Origin: Squalus acanthias
Lineage: Eukaryota
DNA length: 64,000 nt
Assembly: GCA_030390025.1 (NCBI GenBank)
Contig: CM059431.1
Coordinates: 118,856,001 to 118,920,000 of the forward strand
Reading direction: 5' to 3'
Below are positions 24,910 to 37,099 of the stretch, piece by piece. A program made the translations under genes and the position numbers. The notes beneath the pieces were generated by a model, which had not been told where the DNA came from, made no database searches, and saw only the letters and a list, made by a program, of their open reading frames with translations. Position 1 is the stretch's first letter. Each line of letters opens with the position of its first letter.

Positions 24910-25748
24910 GGGCTGGATTTTGTGGTTGGAGTCGTGTTGGGGTCGGGAATCACACATTCTGGCTTGTCAACCCGCCTCCAACAAGATGTGGCCAACCCAC
25001 TGTATTTTCCCTTGATTGACCTTGTTGAGCCCACCCAGTGGGCTCAGCAGGCCAATTAAGGGCCACCCGGCAACAGGTGACGTCACAGACTGACATTTCA
25101 TCTGTCAAGAGCTTTTGACAGATGAAATATCAGCATTTGACAGCTCTGTAAAGCTGTCAAACACTCACAATATGATTTCTAACTTCAGTCCTTCCTTTCA
25201 GGCTGAGTTAGAAATCATTCCAACACATAAAACAGAAGGCTGCTGTTTTTGACAGGTCCACGGCTTTCCTGCTTTCTGTGCCGGTGAGATTTCTAACTCC
25301 CGAGAACTGAAGGGCTGACACCTGCAGGAGGAAGTTAAGGTAAGTAAAACTTTTTCCAACACTTAGCACTTACCTTACACACTTACCTCTGCACACATGC
25401 ACCCATCACTCACCTGCCCACCGGACATATCGACCCCTCCAACCCCTGCAGACCCACGGCCCGACCCAATATCTTGGAGTGTTTGCCACCTGTCGGGAAG
25501 CCCACACTTTTCTTTTAAAAATAAAGTTTTTCCAAAACACTGCCTGTTAACAACCTGTTAACAGGCAGTTAATTGTCACTAATCCCTTCCCGCCTCAGGG
25601 AGTCGGGTCTCAGACCAGGTCGGGTACCCGCCGCCAGAGAAACTGGCATGGAGACGGGTTGGAGTCGGGATGGGGTCGGGACCCCCGACTCTGCAACTTT
25701 AACCCCCGCCTCCAAACCCGACTCCACAGGTCATTGAAAATCCAGCCC
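24910..25748. mobile_element. Harbinger-type MITE
   Basis: Perfect TIR GGGCTGGATTTT / AAAATCCAGCCC; TSD TAT. Confidence 0.88.
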
Positions 25749-25759
25749 TATGACTCTAT

Positions 25760-26652
25760 GGGGGAAAAATTCAGTCGCGCCCCGTTTGGGGCGCAAATAT
25801 CGTCCGGGCGCAAAGATTAGCGCCTGGCGCTAATTATCGCCACTGACTGGAAACTGCACTTTTAACGCCCCGGGAGGTGATTGGAGTGCTAAATCAGGCG
25901 CTGCACACCTGTCTTAAGGCGCAAAGGCCGAGGAGTGAGGCGTTAACTCAGAGCGCTGGCGAAGCTCATGTAATGTCAGTCAGCAATGGAACACACACAC
26001 AATGGCACGGGCCAGTTCTTAAAGGGGATGGTTGATCTTGCTTTCCATCCACATCCTGCTCATTGCAGCCTTGAATCTCGGCCTGGAGAGACCTGCACAT
26101 CAAATCTGCTGGAAAGAACAATGGAGAGCACCAGGCAAAGAGCTCAGAGTGCAGCCCCCACACTCTCTTCTAAATCGATACAAGGAATGGTAAATCAAAA
26201 TGAACCTGCAAAGTGCTGCTCAGTACCCAAAACTCCTTCACACAACGTTGAATCTCTCCAGAAGTCTCTCTCACTCTCTCTCAGAATGCGTAGTTCAAAA
26301 ATGGCACCAACAATAAAAGGCAGGAAGCGGTCACCTTTAAATAGCATTCCCCCTTTCCCTTCATGACAGAAGAACGCTCCTATCAACCTGTCGTTGCTAG
26401 TGTCAGGCGGTAAGGCAGGGGGCGCCACTCAATATCCGCTCCGGGGCGATACCGGGGCGTTGCACACTCGTCTGACGTCACGATCTGCCGGCGCAGGAGA
26501 TCGTGGCGGTAGTGTTTAGCGCCGCCGCAAAATGTCTAGTTAATTTCGCGAGCGGCGCAAACTTCGCCGCGCCCGGGCGCTAGCTGCTTTGCGCCCCATT
26601 AGCGCCCTCTTAAGGCGCTAACGGGAGGCGCAACCAACTGAATTTTTCCCCC
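25760..26652. mobile_element. Harbinger-type MITE
   Basis: Perfect 16-bp TIR GGGGGAAAAATTCAGT; TSD TAT; second copy at 16952-17842. Confidence 0.92.
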
Positions 26653-26663
26653 TATAACTCTAT

Positions 26664-27206
26664 AACTAGTGTTTTATACAGTTAAAGCATAACCCCCCTG
26701 CTCTTGTATTCTATGCCATGGCTAATAAAGGCAAGCATTCTGTATGCCTTCTTAACCACCTTATCCAGCTGGCCTGCTACCTTCAAGGATCTGTGGACAT
26801 GCACTCCAAGGTCCCTTTGTTCCTCTACACTACTTAGTGTCCTACCATTTAATGTGTATTCCCTTCCCTTGTTAGCTCTCCCCAAATGCATTACCTCACA
26901 CTTCTCCGGATTGAATTCCATTTGCCACTGTTCTGCCCACCTGACCAATTTATTGATATCTTCCTGCAGTCTACAGCCATCTTCTTCAGTATCAACCATA
27001 CAGCCGATTTTAGTATCACCTGCAAACTTCTTAATCATAACCCCTATATTCAAGTCTAGATCATTGATATATACCACAAAAAGCAAGGGACCTCGTACTG
27101 AGCCCTGCGGAACCCCACTGGAAACAGCCTTCCAGTCACAAAAACACCCATCAACCATTACCCTCTGCTTCCTGCCTCCGAGCCAGTTTTGAAGCCAACT
27201 TGACAC
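26664..27206 (-). mobile_element. CR1 LINE RT fragment (second half of the split copy)
   Basis: SGVPQGSVRGPLLF..FAGD; colinear with 19618-20176. Confidence 0.9.
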
Positions 27207-27212
27207 TTCATA

Positions 27213-27457
27213 AAGTCTATCAATCGTGTCTGTGTCTCTGTATGAATATTTTCCTCCTGCATTCCGTTCAGCTCACAGCTTGTTTTAACAGTTCATGTAA
27301 TAGTCCCGTTGGTTCCTTGAGGCATGCTGGGATATGAAGCTTGGTCAATTTCTTATAATTGGTCAGTTTACAAAACTGCCTGTACAGTACAGCCGCTTAA
27401 CCCTTTAATGTCGGTTTACTTTCAGTTAAATGCGTTCTTGCTGCAGGACTGGCTACA
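27213..27457 (-). repeat. 5' LTR, distal U3 part
   Basis: Homologous to ~6101-6345; ends GGCTACA followed by the TSD CCAT. Confidence 0.95.
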
Positions 27458-28603
27458 CCATATACAACAAATACTTCCAATAATTTGCTCCATTGTTAAA
27501 ATCTGTCCTCTTGAAGAGATGAATGAATGTGGCTGTTAAAGCGTGGGGCTTGGAACATCTTTTATCATCTCACAATGGAAGACGGAGGCAGCGTGATCTT
27601 TTTTATTTCTATATTTGCTTCCATACCAATGCTCAATGAATGAAATCTGTCAACAGGGGATTGTTCTCTGTACTTGTATGTAATGGAACAGAAATAATGT
27701 GAAAATTGTGAGAGTCCTTGTTGCATATTTTAGGCTTTAACTAATAAAAAAGCATTTTAACTTAAAATGTATAATTGTGATTACCACCCTTCTAACAGGC
27801 TTGCAGGAAGTACAGATTAGAGAATTGAATCTACAATGCTGTAATCTGTAACACATGCTCCCTTTGAGTGTGAGATTTACCCTATAAAGCTAAGACTTCC
27901 CAGCCTTCAGATAAATATATATTGCTTTGCCCTGAATCAGATATTAACACTTATTGCAACTCAAGTTTAACTCAGTGACCATCATGGCAGACTTTGAGCA
28001 GTTTTTTTTGTTTGTTTTACATTTTTAATAATTTTCTTAGTGTTATCAAGTTCTCTTTCACCATATACAATTCCTCAACTGAGAGTGTGGGCATGAACCT
28101 GCTCGTCCCAAATTCTGCTCTTTGAGGAAACCACTTAAGTATGAGAACAGATCTTCTTGGAAAAGGCCAAAGACAGATACTATCATGGTTGCAAATAACT
28201 GCTGCAATCAGGCAGCAGTGAAGGTCAGCTGGAGAATGGGGTGGAAGGTCAACTCCCAACTCCCATCATTTTGCAGAATTTCAAACAAGGAAAAGTTGGA
28301 AGAACTTCAAAAATACTCAAAATTGTCAAATTGAAGATAAATATTTGGTGTTTTTGAGATCACATGTAGTCCTGTAAACCGAATGAAAACCAGGCCATTG
28401 CTGAAAATGTGACTTTGTCTGCTTGACTCAATTTGTTTAAAAAATGAACAATTCATTTTCCAGTCCAAGAACAAACAGGTGTCAGTTTATTAATAGGAGG
28501 TATCTACAGTTTTGCCATTCAGCTTACCTTTCATGGAGACACGTTTACATTTCTGCATCTTTTCTGCTTGTTTTACTCTTTATTACTCTGAGATTATTCT
28601 TGT

Positions 28604-30260
28604 AGTGGCTGCATGGACACAAAACTGGCTAAGGGACAGAAAGCAGACAGCAGTGGTGAACGGTTGTTTTTCAGATTGGAGGGAAATATACAATGTACAA
28701 AGGTGTCCCTCAGGGATCGGTGTTGGGACCCCTGCTCTTCTTGATATATATTCATGACCTGGGCATAATTTCAAAGTTTGCAGATGATACCAAACTCGGA
28801 AAAGTAGTAAACAGTGAGGAGGATGGTAACAGAGTTCAGGAGGGGATAGGCAGACTGGTGAAATGGGCAGACACATGGCAGATGAAATTAAACACAGAGA
28901 AGTGTGAAGTGATTCGTTTTGGTACGAAAAATGAGGAGAGGCAATAAAAACTAAATGATACAATTTTAAAGTGGGTGCAGGAACAGAGAGACCTGGCAGG
29001 TGTACATAAACAAGCCTTTGAAGGTGGCAGGACAAGTTGAGAATGCTGTTAAAAAGGCATACAGGAACCTTAACTTTATTAGTGGAGGCATTGAGTACAA
29101 AAGCAAGGAAGTTATGGTAAACCTTTATAAAACACCGGTTAGGCCTCAGTTAGAGTATTGTGTTCAATCCTGGGCACCACACTTTAGAAAAGAAGTAAAG
29201 GCATAAGAGAGGGTGCAGTGGAAATTTACTAGAATTTTACCAGGAATGAAAGACTTTGGTCGGAATTTTCAGAGGTAAGAATGGGTGGGTTGGAGGCGTG
29301 GGGGGAAGTGAAATGGAAGAATGTGAACCACGTCCCCAGCCCGCCTCCAACCCGCCCACTTTCATCTTTAACTCAAGAGGGACGGGGGGGGCTGCGGGCT
29401 GCCAACCTGCTGCCAAAAGGCGGGTTGGCAATTTACATATTATAATGAGGCCTGAAGCCTCTACTTTAACGTGCTTTGCAGGTTTTACTGCAGGCGGCCG
29501 GGGATCCTGGGGCTCAGGATTCCCGGTGGCTGCAATGAGTGGCCTCAGCCTCGGGGAACAATGCTTGTGGGCCGGGAGGAGCCCCCACCATCCTGGGCCC
29601 AGCACTTACCTGTTGCTGCGGCCTCCTTCTCCGAGTTCCCCGCACGACTGGAAGCCAGCCTGTCAATCAGGCTGACTTCCGGGCGGGGATCCCGCCCCTG
29701 ACGTCGCACGCATGCTGTGGAGTTAAAATTCCACAGCGTGCCGGGAAACCCGAACTTCTGGGTTTCCTGTCTTCTCCCGGGTTCCACCTGCACAGTGCAG
29801 GTGGGACCTGGCAAAATCCAGCCCTTCATTTACGTGGAGAGACTGGAGGAACAGGTGTTGTTCTCCTTAGAGCAAAGAATATTAAGGGGAGATTTGATAG
29901 AGGTGTTCAAAATCATGAACAGTTTTGATAGAGTAGATAAGGAGAAACTGTTTCTGGTGGCAGAAGTTCGGTAACCAGAGGACACAGATTTACGGTAATT
30001 GGCAAACGAACCAGAGGTGACATGAGGAAACATTCTTTAATGTAGAAAGTTGTCTGGAATGCACTGCCTGAAAGGGTGGTGGAAGCAGATTCAATAATAA
30101 CTTTCAAAAGGGAATTGGATAAATACTTGACAGTAAAAATTTGTAAGGCTATGGGGATGGAACATATGATTGGGACTAATTGGATACCTCTTTCAAAGGG
30201 CCCGCACAGGCACAATGGGTCAAATGGCCTCCTTCTGTGCTGTATGCTTATATGATTCTA
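28604..30260 (+). mobile_element. 5'-truncated CR1 LINE, interrupted by a MITE
   Basis: GVPQGSVLGPLLF, FADD, RPQLEYCVQ; 3' tail TATGATTCTA. Confidence 0.85.
29258..29824. mobile_element. Harbinger-type MITE
   Basis: Ends GGTCGGAATTTT / AAAATCCAGCCC; the CR1 sequence resumes on both sides. Confidence 0.75.
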
Positions 30261-31062
30261 GGGGCTAAAAATTGAATAGCCCCTGAAAACAGGCCCAGGG
30301 ATCGCTATGTGCAATTAACTTGTTCAAAGTAATGCAGGCAGCACGCAAACTTTGTGCTGCCTGCTAATTATAATGATTGTGGCATGCAGCCCAGCGCTAA
30401 CTCACTGCTGAGTGGCTGCACATTCAGCAGAGGGTTCAAGTTTGTGTGAGGCTTGCACCAATTAAAGCTAGCCTGCAGTTCTTAAAGCCAGCCTGCACCT
30501 CTTAAAGGGGTGGTGCATTCTGGCTGCAGCAAGTACTGGAAGTCATTGTAGAGGAATGGGTGACCTACAGGAAGAGTGAAGTTGGCGCAACATGGCAGAG
30601 CGAGGGTTCCCAGATTTTCTGATTCAACACTCGGTGCCCTGGTGCAGAAGATGGACAAGAGGAGAGATGTCCTGTATACACAGGGTGCCAGGAGGCCCTC
30701 CAAACAGACTCTGAGAAGGGAATGGGAGCAGATAGCCGTCGCTGTCAATGCAAGCAGTGTAGCCCCGAGGACCTGGATGCAGTGCAGGAAGAAGACCTCA
30801 CATGAGTGGTCAAGGTCAGTGAATTCATCTTCAAATGCCATAGTCCACAAACTGCACCACTAGCCTCACACATTGCTCAATTCACCACACCCTCATTACT
30901 CACCTACCAACAACCTCAATCAATCACGACTCATACCTCACATTCACATGCTCCATCTCACCCTCATACACTTACCACTGCTGCAAGCCTCACACCCACA
31001 TCTCAAAGCTTGCACACACTGCCAGCTATTCAACCATGAGATCCTCATCAGCCAAACACAGT

Positions 31063-34000
31063 GGGGGAAAAATTGTCCCCTTAGCACCTCCCATTAGCAC
31101 CAGTAGATGGCACTAATGGGACGCTAGAGCATTATCGCCGGGGCGACGTGAATCCAGTGCCACACACCAAATTCCACCACCCCCCCCATAATGCCGCCGG
31201 TAACAGTTATCACCAGGAGTGTCGACGGCAGGTCGATTGTGACGTCAGTGAGTGTGGAACGCTCACTGACCGTCCGATCTGCAAAATTGATTGTTGCCAC
31301 TTACCTTAGCGCCTGAAGTAAACACCGACAGTGAGAGCTGGCATGAAGCACCAGGAAGCCGGCTCCAGGGATTTTATTTAAAGGAATCATTAGTAATGAT
31401 TCGCAGCTGTCCGGTTAGTGCAGTTTCAATGGTTTCTTGTCAATATCACATACTCCAACAGTTTCATTCAGTAATTTCAAGGTTCTTTTGTATCGGGAGT
31501 GTTGTGACAACTAAAAAGTAGCTACATTTATTCCTAAAAAAAAATCAAACTGCTGCACTTGGTAACATTAATGGGGGCTGTACTGGCATGCCACCTCGAC
31601 CTCCAGGATCAACGGCAGAGGGAGCGTAGGCAGCGAGAATGACGGGAACATGTGTGCAGAGAGATGAGGAGGGACATCAGGGCTCTCACCAGGAGGCCTT
31701 ACCCGCCAAGGGTATTCCGAAAGCCCTTCTTCTACATTCAATGAAGCGAGGAGCAGCGTATTAGATGGCTCCGCCTCACCATGGAGGTGGTCACAGAACT
31801 CTGCCGCCTCCTCCAAACAGACCTCCAGCCTCACAACAGGATGACTTAAAGCCCACATCCCCTTTGCTCACCACATTGCCATCATTCCATCCCACTCGCA
31901 GGCCCTTTCATACCGCCAAGCTGAAATGACAGACACCACCAAAGAATCGTAAGTGAATGAATAAATTTATCAAAAATCAGTGAACACATAATTACAACAA
32001 AAATATTAACTAATTCCTTAGTGCCTCTCATTACTATGCCTTTGCCTACTCTAGTGCTCCTACAAAGTGTTGGCCGAATGGCTGCAGCAGGGCTGTATGA
32101 AGGCTGCTGAGTATCTGTGTGGGAGACATCAGATGGCCTTGCAGGATGCCCTCGACCAGCTCTCGGCCTGGAAGGCCCGACTGTAGACTGCACCACCTCA
32201 GCATGGGTGGCAGCAGTCTGGGCTGGCTGGATGACAGGCAGCGACAAGGGCAATGGCGGAGTGCCAGTAGTGGGAGCAGGAATGCTGTCATCCTGAGAGA
32301 GGACAGCAGGTTCCTGCTCCACTGACCCACTGCCACTCCCCGGGGGCAACACCTCAGCATCCCTAACAATCTGTTGGAGCAAAGTTTGCTGGCCTGCTGC
32401 GACACCGTGAAAGCTCCAGTCGATGGTGGTAGACCCGGCCACGATGGCAGCAGTTAGAGCTTGCGTGGCATCAAGCTCAGAATGTATGAGAGCAGTCTGA
32501 GATTGGATGTCACCAAGCATAGACTGCATTACAGCACTAAGACGTTGCGTCGCTTCCGCTTGTGCTGCAATGGAAGCTGCCAGATTGCCCATCACACGCA
32601 GCATCTGGGCTGGGTCGCTACGGTCTTTCTGGGAGTCTACCAACCTTTGCAGACTGGAAATGATGGGCTCCATGGTGTGCGCAGAGCCTTGTGCAATGTT
32701 GGAGGCGGACTCCTCCACGCTCCTTATCATTGCCGAGAAGCTCTCGGGCACCCTTGCCACTGCACCTATCATCTCCATGGGGTTACGGGGGTAGGGTGGG
32801 ATATGTGTACTGTGGGGATTAAAGCAGGGACAGGGTACTGGATTTGGATGATCAGCCATGATCGTATTGAATGGTGGAGCAGGCTCGACGGGCCGAATGG
32901 CCTACTCCTGCTCCTAGATTCTATGTTTCTATGTTTCTATGTGCATGCCCATCACCCTTCTTCTAAAGGCCTCCCCTTCGAGGCCCTTATCTGAGTCTTG
33001 TGCAGCAGAACTTGCGCGCGAACTCGCCCTCTGGGGAGCTGGCCCCCGAGTTACCTTTTCCCCCAAGGCCTTGCTGCAGCCCACTCGTCCCCGGTGCCTT
33101 ACCCTGTGCAAATCCCACTACTATACTAGCCTCTAAAGAACCAGTACTGCCAATATCTGAGCTGGTGCCTGTGGGTGAGTGATGAAGTGACGCGATGTGA
33201 TGTGTTCTTCCTCCTCCTCTTCTCCTGCCTCGCTCTCTACGGTGCCCTCAGGGACAGGCTGCTCAGGTGCTTGCTCATTATCTGAAAGCATAAAGGCACA
33301 AGAATCGAGTTAAGGTGAGGGGAGTGGGGTAGGAAGAGAGAAATGCATGCATACATCATGATTAGCTGGAAAGAGTGAAATGCTTGTGGGGTGAGAGGGA
33401 AGTAGGATATGAGAATAAGGAGTAGGGATGAACATACTGTTGTTGTTCCCAAGGGGGTCAACATCGCCGGTGGCCACGGCGCCCACCACCTGGTGACTAA
33501 TAATCTGCAGCACTCTATTCTCCAGCACAGACAGTGGTTGGGTGTCAGCTTGTCCCCCGCCTGTGCGCTCCTGCTCCCTCCTATTGTGAACGACCTTGAC
33601 CTGCAAGAGAGAGGAAAGTGTGTGAGTGAGTGTGGAGCAATGTGTTTGGGAGATGTGCCTGCCATAGTTGAATAGCTGTCATTGTGTGCAAGGTGTGAGA
33701 TGTGGGTGTGAGTGTTGGTAGGTTGAGATTGCTGGTGGGTGAGTGCTGGGGGTGTGGTGCTTTGGGCAGTGTGCGCAGACTGTGGTTCAGATGGTGGTAT
33801 GTAGCATTTGTTGAAGCATTCACTCACCCTGACCACCTGAGTGAGGTCGTTAAATTTCTTCCTGCACTGTGTGTGAGTCCTGGGGAACACAGTGCTGCCA
33901 GAGATGTGCTGCGCTACCTCCCCGCACATGGTTCGGAAGGCTTGCGGCGTGGGCCTCCTGCCACTTGCCGGGTAGAGCACCGCCCTCCGTCTCTCCACAG

Positions 34001-34415
34001 TGAACACCAACGCCTCCAATGCTCGATCGCAGAATCTGCGGGCTCTCTCCCTGGGACATGGAGCTGCCATGAGTACACCTGGTTCAGTCCTCTGGCTCCT
34101 TCTCCTTGTCCTGCTGCTGCTAGCTGAGGCAGCTGTGCAGCCAGCAATGCTGAGAATGAGGTTCTGCAGCATCAATGAACCTTCCCTTTAAGTACTGAAA
34201 AAAGCCTGTGGCAATCATTACTTGTGATTAGACTGCTCCTGATATTGGTCCACTCTTTGAGTGTCACGCCAATGAGCTTGGGCTTTAAGACTTGAATTAG
34301 GACTCCAATCATTTCTTTGAGCAGTGAGCACGAATTTTGCGGTGCTCACTGGCGCTAATTCTCCAACTTTTCTACTGATACCACCCATTCCTTGGCTATA
34401 ATGAATTTCTAGCCC
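31063..34415. mobile_element. Harbinger B: transposase internally deleted, Myb gene on -, nested in intron 1 of the A Myb gene
   Basis: TSD AGT; ends GGGGGAAAAATTG and GAATTTCTAGCCC; RTHTQCRKKFNDL; same family as 40910-44871. Confidence 0.88.
32779..32940 (+). mobile_element. 5'-truncated V-SINE copy
   Basis: Nearly identical to the reverse complement of ~4255-4405; absent from the sister Harbinger copy at ~43398. Confidence 0.85.
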
Positions 34416-35999
34416 AGTAAACCACACTCACTGACACACTTCCCTCTCTCTTGCAGGACAGGTTGGCACATAATCGTAGGCAGCAACAGCTAACTGGAGG
34501 GGGCAGGAGCGCCTCCATATCCTGACCCCACTCAAGGCGACAGTGCTCGCCATAATTGGAGTAGCTGTGACTGAGGCCGTGGCCAGCGGCGGCACTTAAA
34601 CCATTGAAGATGATGGTTTGCTCATACCTAATCCTCCTTCTCGCATCCCACTTCCCCCTCATCCCACAATCTCTTCTGATTTACAAGCTGCAGATGTTGT
34701 AAGCATGCACCTTTTGCTTCCCTCCCTCCCACTTCACCACAACCCTATCCTTGTGCCTTTCTCATTTCAGAAATCCAACCTGGCCAGGCTGTGGTGCAAG
34801 AGGAAGAGGAGAGTGACGCTGATGAAGAAATACCATCACTCAATCTGACAGTCGCAGCCACCAGCTCAGATATTGGCACTGCGCGGACGTTAGAGGGTAG
34901 CTTAGAGGCGGGATCTGCACGTGGTGAGTCACTGGGCACGAGTGGGCTGCAGCCAGAGCAGGGGGAAAGGGTAGCGCAGGTGCCAGCTCCCCGGAGGACG
35001 TGATTGCACACAAGTTCTGCTGCACAGGACTCAGATGACAACTTCGATGGGGCGGCCTACAGAACAAAGCTGATGTGTATGCACAACAAAATGCTTGGTG
35101 CATTGGCAGGCCTGCCAGAAAACCTGAATGCAATGTCAAAGAACATGGAGGAGTCCTGCTCCAAACTTGCACAGGGATTTGCACAGAGTGTGGAGCCCAT
35201 CCTTTCCAGCGTGGAAGGGCTGGCAGATCCATTAGCGCACTTGAGGACCCAACCACCATGCAGCGTCTGATAGCCGATGTTTCAGCAGAAGCTACCCAAC
35301 ATCCGAGTGCTGAAATGGAAGCTCAGACTGAAGTCATGCAAGCTCAGCCTGCTGTCATGCAAGCTCAGACTACTGCCATAATGGCTAGGTCTACCAATGA
35401 TGAAAGGGGCTTGCAGTATGTCAGAGCAGCCCAGCAATCTGCCCTCCAGCAAAGTACTAAGATTGCTGAGGCGCCGTCCCGGGGAGTTGCAGTGTCTGCG
35501 TGGAGGATGAACCTGCTGTCCTCTCTCAGGATGATAGCATTCGTCGTCCCACCACTGCCACTAGGCCAGTGCCCTTGCTGCTACCTGTCAGCCAGCCAGC
35601 CCAGGTGCTGTGGCGCAGTCAGCAGCTGGGCCTTCTAGGCCCAGAACTGCTCGATGTCATCCTGCAAGGCCACCTGCAGTCTTCCCCATTGAAAGTCAGC
35701 AGCCTTCCACCAGCCATACTGCAGCCACTGGGGAAGCACTGCGTAGAAGCATAAGGACAAGCAAAGGCACACTGAAGACAGGCACTAAGGGAATAAACAA
35801 GGGTAATTAGTTGACTTTTGAATGAAATTTTTATACTGGTTTGATTCATAAAATTGGTTTAGAATGTTAATTTTGTGGTGGCTTTTAGTGTAGCATTGTG
35901 GCCAAGAGGAAGCTGTGATGGTCAGTAACAGAAAGAATGTAAGGTGTGGGACTATTGTTGAATGTGTTATTGTTTTTTTTTCCATTGGTTCCGCAGTCG

Positions 36000-37099
36000 G
36001 ATGAGTCGATCACGGACAGCCCAGCAGAAAGGGGTTATCTGGGTTGCCTCCTCCCTTCTGCTTCCTCCTCTTCCGCTTCCTCCTCCTACTCTTCCTGCTC
36101 CTCAGCTGGTCGCCGTATCCCTGGTGGCAAGGGTTGTGCCTCATGATGACGAGGTTGAGGAGCATGCAACAGACAATGACAAGTCCTGAGACAGGCTCTG
36201 GTGAGTACCGCAGGGCTCCTCCAGAGCAGTCCAGGCAGCAGAAGCATTGTTTAAGAACACCAATGGTCTGCTCTATCGGATTCTGTATGGCAGCGGAGTC
36301 ATGAGCCCGGTGGTCAGCAGATAGCCCTTGTCGTCCAGTAGCCACCCTCTGGTTTGTCATGGTGGCTCAAATGCTGATAGTACAGCGGACTGCCGCAGAA
36401 TGAAGGCATCAAGGCCGCTGCCAGGATACTGAGCATTGACTTGTATGATGCGATGAGTATGGTCGCGCACCAGCTGGGCATTGAGGGAGTGGAATCCCTT
36501 CCGATTGCGGTACATCTCCGAATTCAGATGCGTCGCCCGCAAAGCGATGTATGTGCAGTCAATGGCACCCTGCACCATGGGGAAGCCTACTATCCTGGCG
36601 AAGCCATGTGCTTGCTCCGCCTGCTTCTCTCTGGCAAGAGAAAATGGAATGTATTCAGCTCTCTTTGTACACAGACTCTCACTTGCCTCCCTTATACAGG
36701 AGTGGATGGTGAATTGGGAGATGTTACAGATGTCACCTGCTCAAAGCAATCAAGGATCCCGACATGAAGAAGTTCAAGGCCACGGTCACCTGTACAGCCA
36801 CTGGCAATGCTATTCTCGCCCTGGACTGCGGCTGCAGGTCTGCCTCCAGCAGATGGCAGATTTCAGTGAGCACCTCCTTAGCAAAACGGAGATGTTGCAT
36901 GCATTGCTCCTCGCTGAGGTTGAAGTAGGAGAATTGCTCCCTGAAGACCCTGGGTGGATATGGCCTCCTGCTGAGAGCCCTACCCCCCGCCCCCCCCACT
37001 CCTGCTCCCTCTTCTAGCAGTTTGTCCTGCTCTGTGTCACCTCTGCTCATTCTCCCTGTCATGGAGCAGGCCAAGGGGGATACAAACCACTACACCCAT
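36000..37099 (-). pseudogene. Harbinger DDE transposase (HARBI1 family) of element A
   Basis: RRPYPPRVFRE, LPVAVQVTVALNFF, VQGAIDCTYI, RKGFHSLNAQLV, YPGS, IEQTIGVLKQCF, CCMLLN. Confidence 0.88.

Larger units (their letters stand above)
5369..27457 (-). mobile_element. Endogenous retrovirus, lokiretrovirus-like, full length but decayed and interrupted
   Basis: Paired LTRs with TG..CA ends; TSD CCAT at 5365-5368 and 27458-27461; PBS; gag-pro-pol-env order on the minus strand. Confidence 0.9.
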
